Below, piece by piece: positions 20,851 to 31,237 of a stretch of DNA of 64,000 nt. The number at the start of each line of letters is the position of its first letter. The first letter of the stretch is position 1. Source of the stretch: Thermoanaerobaculia bacterium (GTDB taxonomy: Bacteria; Acidobacteriota; Thermoanaerobaculia; Multivoradales; Multivoraceae). The stretch covers positions 768,001-832,000 of the forward strand of contig OY761158.1 in NCBI GenBank assembly GCA_963664405.1, given 5' to 3'. The translations under genes and the position numbers were made by a program. The notes below the pieces were generated by a model that saw only the letters and a list, made by a program, of their open reading frames with translations, had not been told where the DNA came from and ran no database searches.

Positions 20851-23800
20851 GCATCGAGACGCGCCAGGGCAAAGAGGTACCAGGCGAGCTGGATCTCATA
20901 GCCGGCACGTCGTTCCTCTACGTCGGCATCTGTCTTGTAGTCGACCACAACCCAACCTTCGTCCTCTTCGAAAGCAAGGTCCATCGTGCCTTCGAGCAGC
21001 CGTCCATCGGCGAGTGGCAGGACGAAAGGCGCCTCCCGAAAGCAACGGCCCGCAGCCTCAGCCACTCGGGCTCGCTCGAAGACAGGATGCGCCAGTGCTC
21101 TCGTGACCGCCGACTTCGCCGCCTCGACTTCGGCCGCCGGAGCATCGAGAACCGCGCCATGCAGTGTCGCCAGCTCCTCGATCTCCGAGGCGACACCCCC
21201 CAGCGAAACATCTCGAAGCAAAGTATGAACGAGAGTACCGAAGCGCCTGCCTCCCGGTCGTCCGGGCTGGCGTTCCACCTTCTCCTGAGAGATCGGTGCA
21301 GCCGGCTGCCGTGGCCCTTCTTCGAGCTCGGTCACCGTCACCACATCGTGCAGCTTGCTCCTACCCAACTCCAGGGCGTTCTTTCGAAGCTCGCGCCAAG
21401 CCTCGTAGCGCTCGATCCCGCGCTCCGCCTCTCCCGCCGAATCCTGAGTGAGGATCTCCTCCCGCCGTAGGCCGAAGTTCTCTTCCACTTTCAGCTGGAG
21501 ATGTTGAGGATCCCACCACACCACGTCGTAACCCGCCTCGGGAAAACGGTGGAGGCCCGGGCGCACCGAGCCCTCCGGGCGGCCGTCGAAGTTCTGGGGC
21601 CGTTCGAGAACGCTGGCCTGGCCGAAGATCGGGCAGCCGTGAGCGTGCTCGGATTGCCGCCAGTTCTCTGTTGACGGAAAGATGGCCCGGTTCAGGGGAG
21701 AGAGCCAGCCTTCGCGCGCCTCGTCCCCCACCGCGGGCACCACCAGCAGATCACGCGCGCGAGTCGCGGCTACGTAGGCGACGCGTACTCCTTCCGCGGC
21801 GTCGCGATCCCGCTCGAGATCGCTGTTCTCGAGTAGCTCCAGCGGCGCGCAGCCGAGCAGGCGTAGCGCACTCAGGCCGCGTGCAGGGTCGATGTGGCGA
21901 TCCGGGTTCAGCGAAGAGAGCCGACAGCTCATGTCCGCCAGAATCACCATCGGGAACTCGAGCCCCTTGGCCCCGTGCACCGTCATCAGCCGGACTCCCT
22001 CCGCCCCCTCCTCGACCACCGGAGCCTGAGAGCTCCCCGGCTGCTCGGCCTCAGTGCTGAGTCGCTCGACAAAGCCGCGAAACGAGATCCCGCCGCCGAT
22101 CTCGTAGGAGCGCGCCAAGTCTCCTACCCGCTGCACATTGGCGAGAACCTGATTCCCGGCGGGCCGCAGCGCAAAGGCGGCATGGGCACGAGTCACCTCC
22201 AGGAGCTCCTGGACCGTCTCCACCACCGGACGCCGATTGCGGCGTCGGTGGAGATCGGCAAGACACTCGAGGGCCTCCACGATCGGCGCGAAATTCGCAT
22301 CGTCATCCCCCTCGTCGACCCCATCTTTCCGCCAGCGAAAGGGATGAAGACGGTGACCGTGCCGAAATACGTAGAGCAGCTCGTCAGAGATGGAGAACAG
22401 AGCGCCTCGCAGAGTCGAAAACACAGCGAGCTCGTCGTCCGGCCACTCGACCGCGGTGAGAGCGGAGCGTAGAGTCTCGACTTCTTCGCGCCGATGGAAG
22501 GTCCTTGCACCGACCAGGACGTGCGGAATTCCGCGCGCCTCGAGTCCACGCGTATAGGGCCGAGTGACGTCCTGGCGCCAAGCGACATAACGACGAAAGA
22601 GGATGCAAACATCACCCGCGACCAGCGGTCGGAGTACCTGATCATAGGGATCCTCCACCATCCAGCCACTCGAGCCCAGCGCCCAATCAACAAAGGCCAC
22701 GATGTCTTCGGGAAGAGACTCATCGATCTGCCAGTTGGTGATGTTGCTCCAGCCATAGGGCCGCGACACCGGCAGCGCCACCACCGACGGCTGCGACGCG
22801 AGCGCCTCTCGCTCCGGTGCCAAAGCGATGTACTCGGCCTGCCCCTTATCCTCGTCATAGACCATCTCGGGCGCGAAGGCCTGGTTGATCGCCGCTTGAA
22901 TCGGGGCCGTCGAACGAAAGCTGCGCTCGAGATGCACCAGACCGACCCCGGCGTCGACAAGGCGCTGCTTGACCTGCTGATAAAGAACGACATCCGCGCG
23001 TCGGAACCTGTAAATCGACTGCTTCGGATCTCCGACCAGGAAGAGCTTCCCAGCTGCAGGGCGAACCTTCCGCCAGTCGCTCTGCGCCGCATCCTCCGAG
23101 GAGAGCAAGAGCAGGAGCTCGGTCTGCAGCGGGTCGGTGTCCTGAAACTCGTCCACGAAGATGTGAGAGAAGCTGCCCTGAAAAAAGCGGCGAACCTCCG
23201 TGTGGTCTCGCACCAGGTCGCGGGCGCGGATCAGCAAGTCGACAAAGTCGAGATGCCCGGTTCTCGCCTTGAGCTCTTCGTAGCGCTTCAACAGATCGGC
23301 GACGTCCTTTTGCAGCAGCGCCGCTAGGTCGGCATCGGCCACGCCTCTGAACTCCTCCAGCGCCGCCAGCAGATCGTCACGACGGCTAATCACCAGCTCC
23401 CGCGGCACGCCCTCGGCAAAGCTCCCCCTACCTTTGCGGTGACGCGATCGGCCGATGTCCGTGATCAAACCCACCAGCCGCGCTTCGAGCTCGTCATAGT
23501 CGCGTTCGGCGACTTCTTCGAAGCGCTCGACCCAGCCCGCCAGCGCCACCACCGGCTCGAGTGAGTTGCCCAGATAATCCCGCGGATCCTCACAGCGGCG
23601 CACCAGCTCAGCCAGTTCGCAAACGCGCTCGACGAGCCCATCGCTCTCGGCCTTCAGATCGATCTCGGGCCGCGCCCACGGCGCCGGAAAGTCGCGCCAT
23701 TCGCAGAGGTTCCAGGCGGCGCGGCGAATCTGTTCGAGTGGGGTGACGGCGCCGTACGGAGGGCGGACGACCTGCCGGCTCAGTACCCGTCTCACTCCCT

Positions 23801-24302
23801 CCGGCATGTCCTGTAGCGTCTCCTGGATCCAAGCCTGAAATGCCTGATCGAAGAGGCGCGGCGCCGCGTCTTCCGAAAGTCCCTCGAAGCCGGGGTCCAC
23901 GCCCGCTTCTACCGGACGCTCACGCAAGAGCTCGGCGCAGAAGGAGTGGATGGTGCCGATGTGGGCCTCTTCGAGATGGCGGATGCCGGTCTCGATGCGC
24001 TCCGCACGTCGATCGCCGCCCACCTCGTCCTGCAAGCGCAGACGAGCCCGATCGAGCTCCTGACGCAAGCGCAGTTTGAGCTCCCCCGCCGCCTTTCGAG
24101 TAAAGGTGACGGCGACCACGCCTCCCATCTCGGGCACCTTCCCCTCTGCGATCACGGCCACCAGGCGAGCCACCAGCTCGGTCGTCTTGCCGGTGCCGGC
24201 GGCGGCCTCGACCAGCAGACTCTCACCGAGAGAAGTGCGTATACGCTGCCGCGCCGCCTCGTCCACCGAACCTCGGCTCCCCTGATCTTCAGTGCCGCTC
24301 AT
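20817..24302 (-). CDS. addA: UvrD-type helicase with a C-terminal PD-(D/E)XK nuclease (AddA-like)
   Basis: EAAAGTGKTT, TFTRKAA, TIHSF, VDEFQDT, GDPKQSIYRFR, TVHGAKGLEF, YVAATRA, GTMDL..VDYKT. Confidence 0.85.
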   Translation of the reverse strand: MSGTEDQGSRGSVDEAARQRIRTSLGESLLVEAAAGTGKTTELVARLVAVIAEGKVPEMGGVVAVTFTRKAAGELKLRLRQELDRARLRLQDEVGGDRRAERIETGIRHLEEAHIGTIHSFCAELLRERPVEAGVDPGFEGLSEDAAPRLFDQAFQAWIQETLQDMPEGVRRVLSRQVVRPPYGAVTPLEQIRRAAWNLCEWRDFPAPWARPEIDLKAESDGLVERVCELAELVRRCEDPRDYLGNSLEPVVALAGWVERFEEVAERDYDELEARLVGLITDIGRSRHRKGRGSFAEGVPRELVISRRDDLLAALEEFRGVADADLAALLQKDVADLLKRYEELKARTGHLDFVDLLIRARDLVRDHTEVRRFFQGSFSHIFVDEFQDTDPLQTELLLLLSSEDAAQSDWRKVRPAAGKLFLVGDPKQSIYRFRRADVVLYQQVKQRLVDAGVGLVHLERSFRSTAPIQAAINQAFAPEMVYDEDKGQAEYIALAPEREALASQPSVVALPVSRPYGWSNITNWQIDESLPEDIVAFVDWALGSSGWMVEDPYDQVLRPLVAGDVCILFRRYVAWRQDVTRPYTRGLEARGIPHVLVGARTFHRREEVETLRSALTAVEWPDDELAVFSTLRGALFSISDELLYVFRHGHRLHPFRWRKDGVDEGDDDANFAPIVEALECLADLHRRRNRRPVVETVQELLEVTRAHAAFALRPAGNQVLANVQRVGDLARSYEIGGGISFRGFVERLSTEAEQPGSSQAPVVEEGAEGVRLMTVHGAKGLEFPMVILADMSCRLSSLNPDRHIDPARGLSALRLLGCAPLELLENSDLERDRDAAEGVRVAYVAATRARDLLVVPAVGDEAREGWLSPLNRAIFPSTENWRQSEHAHGCPIFGQASVLERPQNFDGRPEGSVRPGLHRFPEAGYDVVWWDPQHLQLKVEENFGLRREEILTQDSAGEAERGIERYEAWRELRKNALELGRSKLHDVVTVTELEEGPRQPAAPISQEKVERQPGRPGGRRFGTLVHTLLRDVSLGGVASEIEELATLHGAVLDAPAAEVEAAKSAVTRALAHPVFERARVAEAAGRCFREAPFVLPLADGRLLEGTMDLAFEEDEGWVVVDYKTDADVEERRAGYEIQLAWYLFALARLDAQPSAGVLLAV

Positions 24303-27300
24303 GCCCTCTTCCTCAAAGCCTCCAGGCGGGCCAGGCGATCCTTCTTCTTTCTGCCGACACGGATCTCCTCGTAGGGTCCACAGACACTTCTATAGTCACA
24401 ATACTGACAGGCGCCGGAGCCCGGAGCCGCGGGAAAGAATCCATCGAGAACGCTCTGCTCGACGACACCGATCACCTCTGCGGCCGCCGCCCGGCTGTCG
24501 GCGTTGAGGGGGACCTCGATCGTGTTGTAGCCGCCTCGCTGCGTGCTGTAGAAGAGCCGGCCCGACTCCACCTGCTCGCCTTCGCGCGCCAGCAGAGCCT
24601 CGGCGGCCAGCGCGTAGAGCACCGGCTGCAGGATCTCCCCACCGCCCACCACCAGCGACTTCTGCTTTGGCGGCCGACCGGTCTTGTGGTCGGTGACCCG
24701 GATCGCTCGCCGCCGCCAGTCGCGCTCGACCAGGTCGATCGATCCGCGCAGCCTCGCCGCCCCACCGAGCACCAGCGCTTCCTCTGAGGTACTCGCCGTA
24801 TCCCGATCGCTACTTGGGGCAAGACCGAACGCGAACTCGAAGTGGGCGGGAGTCCACGACCCCTCCTCTTCGAGGAGCCTTCGAATCCAACCTCTGAAGT
24901 CGGTTCGGAGACCCTCGATCTCACTCTTCCAGACGTGGGGAATCGCCGGTGCCAGCTCCTCCTCGTAACCGGAAGCCACTTCGTTGAGCACACGGTCGGC
25001 GACATCCAGGATCTCGGCCTCGTGATCGGCCCGCAGTGGCAGCAGTCCCAGATCCTTCGCCTCACCGAAGAAGCGGAACTGAGTCTCGTGAAACAAGCTC
25101 CCCCGGGTCAGCGGGTCGAGCCTCTCCGGAGACACGAGGTCCTCGCGCGGGCGAAGCTTGTGGACCGCGTAGAGGAGAAAACGGTAGGGACAGGCCGCAT
25201 AGCTCTGCAGCGCCGTGGGTGAGTAGCTCCTGTTCTCCGGTAGCTCCGCGCGCAATAGCTCCAGTGCCGCGGGCTCGGGCGCGATCAGCCCGTCGGCAGG
25301 GACCCAGCGCGAGCGCCAGCGTCCAGCGCGAGCGCGCAGTGAGCGCTCGAGATGAGGGTTCGCAAACAGAAAGCGAGCCTGCCCCTTGACTCGATGATCA
25401 CCCTCCCCCGACCTCAGCAGCCCCGCCAACACCGACAGGTCGTACTCGGCCTCATCGACCGCATCTTCCGGGTCGGCCGGGGCGGGCCATCCCAGATGCG
25501 TCCGAGCCGCGGCCAGGTCGAGGCGACGAAGATCAGGCAGGCTTCCGTGAGCGGCCCGCAACAGATCGAGCGCATAGAAAGAAGGCACCCTGGCCCGGCC
25601 TGCCATCAGATCGATGCGAGGGTAGGAAGCCACCAGCCGAACCGAGGCGGCGCCAAGAGCCGCCCGCAACAGCGAACGCTCGGCGAGAAAACGCTGATCC
25701 TGGACTTCGAGTGAAGCGGGAAGGGCGCGACGATCGCGGTCCAGAAGCAGAGGATCTTCGAAGGGCTTGCGCGGAAACACCCCCTCAGCCAGGCCGGGCA
25801 GAAAGACAGAGCCGAAGCTCCGACCCGCAGCCTCTTCGATGGTACCGACGAAGACGCGCCCGTAGCGGCGTCGCGGGGGGTCTCGCTGGAGAAACGAGAG
25901 GCGCTGCCGCAGAACTTCGCGCACCTGATCGAGAGGTACAGAAGCGACTTCGGCCATCGGACGCAGCTCGGCGAGGAGTTGCAACAGCCTCGCCGGATCC
26001 GGCAGTACGAGGCTGGAAAGAGCCTCGAGCTGCTGGATCCACTCCCCCCAGGTCGCCTCGGCGGGAAGCGCGGCCAAGGCCTCGATCACCGGTAGGGCGA
26101 AGCGCTCCAGACCCTGCAGGCGTTGCAGCTGCCGAGACAGATGGAGTCGTCGCGGCTCTTCCTCTCCTTCGACATCCCGCAGTCGCAACTGCAGCTCGTT
26201 GCGTAGTCCAGCCAGCCTGCGCGACCACCGATCTCTTCCTCCGACCACCGCAGCGTCGAGCAGCATGCGCTCCCACAGCGCCGGTGTCGGAATGCTCTCT
26301 CCGCCCGAGGCCTCCCAGTCGTCACCCTCACTCGGCGGTGGGCTCTTGAAAACCAGCTGATCCCCACCCGCCTCGACCCAGGCCACCTCGGCCCGCTCAG
26401 GTGCCCCCGTGGCATCGAGCGTGGGGATCTCGCCAAGCGACAGATACTCGGCGAAGCGCGACGCGGAAAGGCCCTCGCTGGCGCAAGAAAGCAGAGCAAG
26501 GAACGCGCGACCCGAGGGATCAGGTCGGCTGGCTCCGCGGCTGGTGTATGTGGGGACGCCACCGCGCCGCATGGCATCCTGAAGCAGAGGCAGGTAGCTC
26601 TCCGGCTGGCGCAGAAGTACCGCCATCGAATCGAAGGAGACGCCGCTCCGCGCAAACTTCTGAATGCGGCGCACGATCTCCACGCACTCCCGATCTTCGC
26701 CGGCGGCGGAAAAGAGCTCCAGGCTGTCGTCATCCTCTCCCACGTCGCACTCCCTCGCCGGAGAATGGACGCCGAAGAGGTGGGCTCGAGCGCGAGCCAA
26801 TGCGGAGCCCGTGCTCGGCGGCGAAGCGTCGAGCTCGTGGACCTCTTGCCCAAGGGCACGTCGTAATCGCTCCTCGCCCGCGTCAGAGGCCGCAGGCAGG
26901 CAGGCAAATACAGCAGGTGCTTTCGCGCAAAGGCCGGCGAGGAACCGCTCCTCGCAGCCCGAGCCCACTTCGATATCGAGAAGAACCAGCGGCAGTCCCA
27001 GCAGCCGGTGGGGCGCCGTCTCCATCCGCTGCACGGCGGCGCTGAGAACTCCCGCCCCATCCACCAGGCGCCAGTGCTCCATCTCCCGCTCGAAACCCGC
27101 GAGCAGGGTGGCCAAGTCCCGGTTGGCTGGACTCCTCGAAGCCAGCTCCTCGGCAACCACGCCCTCGAGTCGCAATTCCTCGAGCGTGCGCGCGAGAGCC
27201 TCGGGAAAGCCAGGCATCGCGGCGACAGGCGCGAAGTACTCCAATTCCCCTCTCGACTGAGCCTGGTGGACACAGCGGGTCGCGAGAGCCAATAGACTCA

Positions 27301-27556
27301 GACCGCTGAGAGGCCGCCGACCTTCGCCGGCCAAACCGAGAGAGCCGAGCTCGTAGGCCAGCTGGCGCGGTGTGGCACGATGGATTCCGAACATCCCCCT
27401 GTCCTGGGCCGCCGCGCTACGTAGAAAATCATCGGCAGCTCCCCACGTCGGCGCCACCACCAGAAGCTCGCGCCGAGGTGCGACTTCCTCGAGCCAGCTC
27501 AGCGCGGCGGCGAGCCGCTCCTCCGCGCTCGCTGACACGAGGAGACGACGCGTCAC
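24299..27556 (-). CDS. addB: Inactive-helicase/PD-(D/E)XK nuclease partner (AddB-like)
   Basis: SPTAL..CPYRF, RGSLFHE, RGSIDLVE..DHKTG, CQYCDYRSVC; ATGA overlap with addA. Confidence 0.8.
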   Translation of the reverse strand: MTRRLLVSASAEERLAAALSWLEEVAPRRELLVVAPTWGAADDFLRSAAAQDRGMFGIHRATPRQLAYELGSLGLAGEGRRPLSGLSLLALATRCVHQAQSRGELEYFAPVAAMPGFPEALARTLEELRLEGVVAEELASRSPANRDLATLLAGFEREMEHWRLVDGAGVLSAAVQRMETAPHRLLGLPLVLLDIEVGSGCEERFLAGLCAKAPAVFACLPAASDAGEERLRRALGQEVHELDASPPSTGSALARARAHLFGVHSPARECDVGEDDDSLELFSAAGEDRECVEIVRRIQKFARSGVSFDSMAVLLRQPESYLPLLQDAMRRGGVPTYTSRGASRPDPSGRAFLALLSCASEGLSASRFAEYLSLGEIPTLDATGAPERAEVAWVEAGGDQLVFKSPPPSEGDDWEASGGESIPTPALWERMLLDAAVVGGRDRWSRRLAGLRNELQLRLRDVEGEEEPRRLHLSRQLQRLQGLERFALPVIEALAALPAEATWGEWIQQLEALSSLVLPDPARLLQLLAELRPMAEVASVPLDQVREVLRQRLSFLQRDPPRRRYGRVFVGTIEEAAGRSFGSVFLPGLAEGVFPRKPFEDPLLLDRDRRALPASLEVQDQRFLAERSLLRAALGAASVRLVASYPRIDLMAGRARVPSFYALDLLRAAHGSLPDLRRLDLAAARTHLGWPAPADPEDAVDEAEYDLSVLAGLLRSGEGDHRVKGQARFLFANPHLERSLRARAGRWRSRWVPADGLIAPEPAALELLRAELPENRSYSPTALQSYAACPYRFLLYAVHKLRPREDLVSPERLDPLTRGSLFHETQFRFFGEAKDLGLLPLRADHEAEILDVADRVLNEVASGYEEELAPAIPHVWKSEIEGLRTDFRGWIRRLLEEEGSWTPAHFEFAFGLAPSSDRDTASTSEEALVLGGAARLRGSIDLVERDWRRRAIRVTDHKTGRPPKQKSLVVGGGEILQPVLYALAAEALLAREGEQVESGRLFYSTQRGGYNTIEVPLNADSRAAAAEVIGVVEQSVLDGFFPAAPGSGACQYCDYRSVCGPYEEIRVGRKKKDRLARLEALRKRA

Positions 27557-27560
27557 GGCC

Positions 27561-28265
27561 TCAGCTCCTCTTCTTCCGGCGTACGACACGCTTGAGAGGA
27601 GAGAGTCGGATCTCGTCCACTACAGCCTCCGCTCTGCCTTCGACCGCAAGCAGGACCGCCGCGGCGACGTCGGTAGGCTCGAGGTAGTTTTCCGGATCCT
27701 CCCCAGGAGCGAAGTCGAGATCATCGAAAAAGGGAGTGCGGGTCATCGCCGGGCTGATCAAGGTGACACGAACGCCACTCCCTGAAGTCTCCTCACGCAG
27801 AGCCTGGGCGAAGCCGCGCAGGGCAAACTTGGCGGCACAGTAGAGCGATCCCTTCTGGGTCCCTCGATGGGCGGCCTCAGAGCCGACAAAGATCAGCTGC
27901 CCGCTCCCCTGCCTCTTCATCAACGGCAGGAAGGCTCGCGCGAGATAGGCGTGGGAGAGAAATCCGAGGTCGAGAAGCTCACGAATGCGAGCGTAAGAGA
28001 ACTCCTCGAGTGAGCCGAACTCACCGCGCCCAGCGTTGAGGACCAGCACCCCGACGTCGGGGTGACGCCGGCTCAGCTTCTGAAGCTCCGCCGGCAAGGG
28101 GTCTAGGGCGCCCAGATCGAGGCGTACCTGCTCGAAACCCTGGCGGCCCTCGAGCGCTTCGCTCTTCCGCCGACTGATGCCGATCACTTCGATTCCACGC
28201 TCCAGGAAACACTCGGCAATGGCAAGGCCGATCCCTGAACTGGTGCCGCTGACGACCGCCTTCAC
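27561..28265 (-). CDS. Short-chain dehydrogenase/reductase
   Basis: SGTSSGIG, LNAG, YCAAKF; GTG overlaps the upstream TGA. Confidence 0.9.
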   Translation of the reverse strand: MKAVVSGTSSGIGLAIAECFLERGIEVIGISRRKSEALEGRQGFEQVRLDLGALDPLPAELQKLSRRHPDVGVLVLNAGRGEFGSLEEFSYARIRELLDLGFLSHAYLARAFLPLMKRQGSGQLIFVGSEAAHRGTQKGSLYCAAKFALRGFAQALREETSGSGVRVTLISPAMTRTPFFDDLDFAPGEDPENYLEPTDVAAAVLLAVEGRAEAVVDEIRLSPLKRVVRRKKRS

Positions 28266-29278
28266 GAAGCCACCTGGGAGCCCTGTTCGCCGCTGAGACA
28301 TGGGTGGAAGATCTCTCTGGGTATGTGGCCGAGAATCTCGCCGGTGCAAAACTCGGTGAGCTCGCTCAGGAGATCCTTACGATAGGACACCACCCCCTCC
28401 ACGTCTTCCATCGGCGCGGCAAGGAGGGCCTCCTCCGGGTAGAGTTTGGTCAAGGTCGAGAAATAGGAAGCAGGAAGCCGGAAGGGCCCCAGACTGACCG
28501 AATGCAATACCTCGACGTCGAGGCGCCTGAAGACCTCGTCGAAGAGTTGGCGATAGCGGTCTCGGAAACCCCGGTGATAGAGCAGAGGGTCGAAGCGCAA
28601 ACCCAACTTCCAGCCGGCTCGGGCCAGTCTCTCCATCGCCACCAGTCTACTCTCTAGTCCCGGCGTCTTATGCTCATAGGCCGCGGCAAGGTCGTGTGGA
28701 GAAAGACTGTAGGCCACCACCACGTTGGACAGTGCCTCTCGGGAGAGCAGCGCGTCAATGGCCACCGACTTAGTACGCAGCTCCAGGAACGCCTCCGGCA
28801 GGTCGGCGAAGAAGTCGAGGAAGGAGGCCGCAAAGCCGCTGACGCCCTCGAAGGCCAAGCTGTCACAGTCGTAGCCGGAGAAGAAAAAACAGGGGCGATC
28901 AGAATCGCGCACGGCCTCCCTGACCGCTGCCTCGAAGTCATCGTAGTTCACGAACAGAACGTAATGGGCGGAGCGAAACATCCCCTGCAAGAAACAATAG
29001 CGACAGTCGTACAGACAATTCAGCATGTGAGAGAAGTAGAAACAGCGATAGCCCGGGAGGCCATAGCCTTCCGGAGTCGGAAGCACGTGCCCCGAGTGTT
29101 TCGCGGCCAGGATCAGCGAGGGAGACACCTTCTGCAATCGGAAACTCTGAGAACGGACGTTGAAGACTTCGCCATAGCGCTGGATGGGAATCTGGGTGGC
29201 GGCGGGTAGACGAGAAAGGATTCGCTGAGTTCGCGGCTGCGCCAGTACCTCCTCTTCGATATAGACGGTGCCGATCAA
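28262..29278 (-). CDS. Radical SAM protein, spore photoproduct lyase (SplB)-like
   Basis: NCLYDCRYCFLQG CxxxCxxC motif, DSLA, ELRTKS, YSLSP, RFDP. Confidence 0.88.
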   Translation of the reverse strand: MIGTVYIEEEVLAQPRTQRILSRLPAATQIPIQRYGEVFNVRSQSFRLQKVSPSLILAAKHSGHVLPTPEGYGLPGYRCFYFSHMLNCLYDCRYCFLQGMFRSAHYVLFVNYDDFEAAVREAVRDSDRPCFFFSGYDCDSLAFEGVSGFAASFLDFFADLPEAFLELRTKSVAIDALLSREALSNVVVAYSLSPHDLAAAYEHKTPGLESRLVAMERLARAGWKLGLRFDPLLYHRGFRDRYRQLFDEVFRRLDVEVLHSVSLGPFRLPASYFSTLTKLYPEEALLAAPMEDVEGVVSYRKDLLSELTEFCTGEILGHIPREIFHPCLSGEQGSQVAS

Positions 29279-30168
29279 GAACCTCTCCTCGGGGTCCTGG
29301 GCTCGCGCTCCAGGGCGACTTCATCGACGCGCTGAGCGAAGTAGTCGAGCACCTCGGTCGCGGAGCGAAGCTCGGCGTCTGGGCCGGGCGGTCCGAGAAG
29401 CACATCGACGACCCCTTGACGCCCTGCCTCCTCACCGCCTTCGGAGGAGGAAGTGAGGGCCCAGAACCGTTGCTGCAGCCGCTCGAGCTGGCGGCGCTGG
29501 GTGAGCGAGAAGTGCCAGCGCTCGAGGAGCTCGGAAGCCAGAGCTGGGGGGGCGGGTGGGGCGGCGCTCGCCAGGTCGCGAAGGCTGTCGAGGAGATCGG
29601 AGAGAGTAGGCAGCGCTGCTGTGATCAAGCCCTCGACTCTCTCGGCCACGACCTCGTCCACTGAACTTCCTGGGCCGTCGGAGACCACCTTCACCACCTG
29701 ACACAGCTCGGCGGCGGTGAAGCGGGTGGCGGTGGGCCAAAATCCCGCCGCCTCCATTTCGTAGACGCATTCACGTGGATACTCCCGCTCCACCTCTTCT
29801 ATCGTCACTACTTCTGCGGCCGCAAACCCCTCTGTTGCCGTGCGTGGCGGATGCCAGTGTCTGCCCGAGCCCGCATCACGGATCGTATGAGCCGTCCATA
29901 CACTACCGAGGGCCTCCGAGCGGTGCCCGCCCACTCCGACATTGATCCATACATCATCGGGTCGGGCGTCGATCGCGGCGGCCATGTAGGCCGTGCCCGC
30001 AGCAGCAGCGACCTTTCCCACGCCGGTGACGACCAGGTCCGCGCCGTCACCGACAAAGAGGCGGAAAGCTCGATGCGCCGGATCGCCCTTCAGGCGAAGA
30101 AGCCTCGCCAAGGGACGAGCTTCACAGGAGAGAGCGACAACAAGATGGACGGTCGGAGAGGTCTCCAT
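29275..30168 (-). CDS. Nucleoside phosphorylase-like protein
   Basis: VALSCEA, VTGVGKVAAA, INVGVGG, YEMEAAGF, KVVSD. Confidence 0.75.
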   Translation of the reverse strand: METSPTVHLVVALSCEARPLARLLRLKGDPAHRAFRLFVGDGADLVVTGVGKVAAAAGTAYMAAAIDARPDDVWINVGVGGHRSEALGSVWTAHTIRDAGSGRHWHPPRTATEGFAAAEVVTIEEVEREYPRECVYEMEAAGFWPTATRFTAAELCQVVKVVSDGPGSSVDEVVAERVEGLITAALPTLSDLLDSLRDLASAAPPAPPALASELLERWHFSLTQRRQLERLQQRFWALTSSSEGGEEAGRQGVVDVLLGPPGPDAELRSATEVLDYFAQRVDEVALEREPRTPRRGS

Positions 30169-30174
30169 AGCGAA

Positions 30175-31053
30175 TCAGGCTCCGGTCCAGCGCTCCAATT
30201 TCTGCTCGTAGAGTTTCAGCTCGTCCTTGCGGCCCCGCTTTCGCACTCCGGCAAGGTAGATCTCGGTTTTCTCGACAGCCACCCGCCGGGCCGCTTCATG
30301 CTGCTGAGTTGAGAGTACTCCCGCATCGAGGATCTTCTCCAGCGCGGCAATCCGGTAGCGGTCCATCCCCCACCTACTGCGCGACAACTGGTCATCGTGA
30401 CCACCGTGCTTCACGACCAGAGGCTCAGCCACCAATAAGACGGGGTAGCGGCTGCAGACCCTCAGCCACAGATCGTAGTCTTCGCACACCGGTAACGATT
30501 CATCGAAGAGCCCCACGTGATCGAGGATCTCACGATGAAGCAGGACCGAGGACGGCGAGATGGCGCACAGCGGCAGGCAATGCTCGAAAACCCACCCATC
30601 CGGCTTCTGGTGCCGGCGACGCGGGTTCACCCGCCTCCCGCGACGCATCCAGATCTCGTCGGTGTGGCAGAAACGGTGTTCCTGGCTCGCGGCAAGAGCC
30701 CGCAGCTGGAGCTCGAGCTTGCGCGGCCGCCACTCGTCGTCGGAGTCGAGGAACGCCAGCCACGTACCTTTGGCGTAGCGTATCCCGAGGTTTCGAGCCG
30801 CACTGACGCCGAGTGTGCGCGGTTGGCGAAGCAGACGAGCTCCCGGATAGCGCTCTGTCACAATCTCGACAGTGTCGTCTCCAGAACCATCGTCGACAAC
30901 CAGGGTCTCTCCGGGCAGCGTGGTCTGGGCGGCAATCGAGTCGAGCGCTCGTGGCAGCGAGCCACCCCGATCGAAGGTCGGAACGATGACCGAAACCGAG
31001 CCGGCGGCGACATCTTGCCCCGCCGGCACGATGCGATCTCCGTCGGTCACCAC
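30175..31053 (-). CDS. Glycosyltransferase family 2
   Basis: VSVIVPTFDR, VVDDGS, GVSAARNLG, AFLDSDDEW, CEDYDLWLR. Start position approximate. Confidence 0.92.
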   Translation of the reverse strand: MVTDGDRIVPAGQDVAAGSVSVIVPTFDRGGSLPRALDSIAAQTTLPGETLVVDDGSGDDTVEIVTERYPGARLLRQPRTLGVSAARNLGIRYAKGTWLAFLDSDDEWRPRKLELQLRALAASQEHRFCHTDEIWMRRGRRVNPRRRHQKPDGWVFEHCLPLCAISPSSVLLHREILDHVGLFDESLPVCEDYDLWLRVCSRYPVLLVAEPLVVKHGGHDDQLSRSRWGMDRYRIAALEKILDAGVLSTQQHEAARRVAVEKTEIYLAGVRKRGRKDELKLYEQKLERWTGA

Positions 31054-31069
31054 GGATCGGCCTCGCCTA

Positions 31070-31237
31070 CTAGTGGACCGGAACACTCGAACGTTTAGTG
31101 GCTGAGTGAGTCATTCGTGGTCGAGATCAAGGCGCGCTGACGCAGGCATAGCGGGGACTATGTCGAGGAAGCGTAACGCAGAGATCGGCCGCGAGGGCCG
31201 CTCAGGCGCTAAACGTTTGGGTGTTACGGCCCACTAG
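31070..31237. mobile_element. MITE-like element
   Basis: 37-bp terminal IRs (31/37 identical) bounded by CTAG at both ends; core GACGCAGGCATA-N8-TATGTCGAGG at 31139-31168. Confidence 0.8.
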
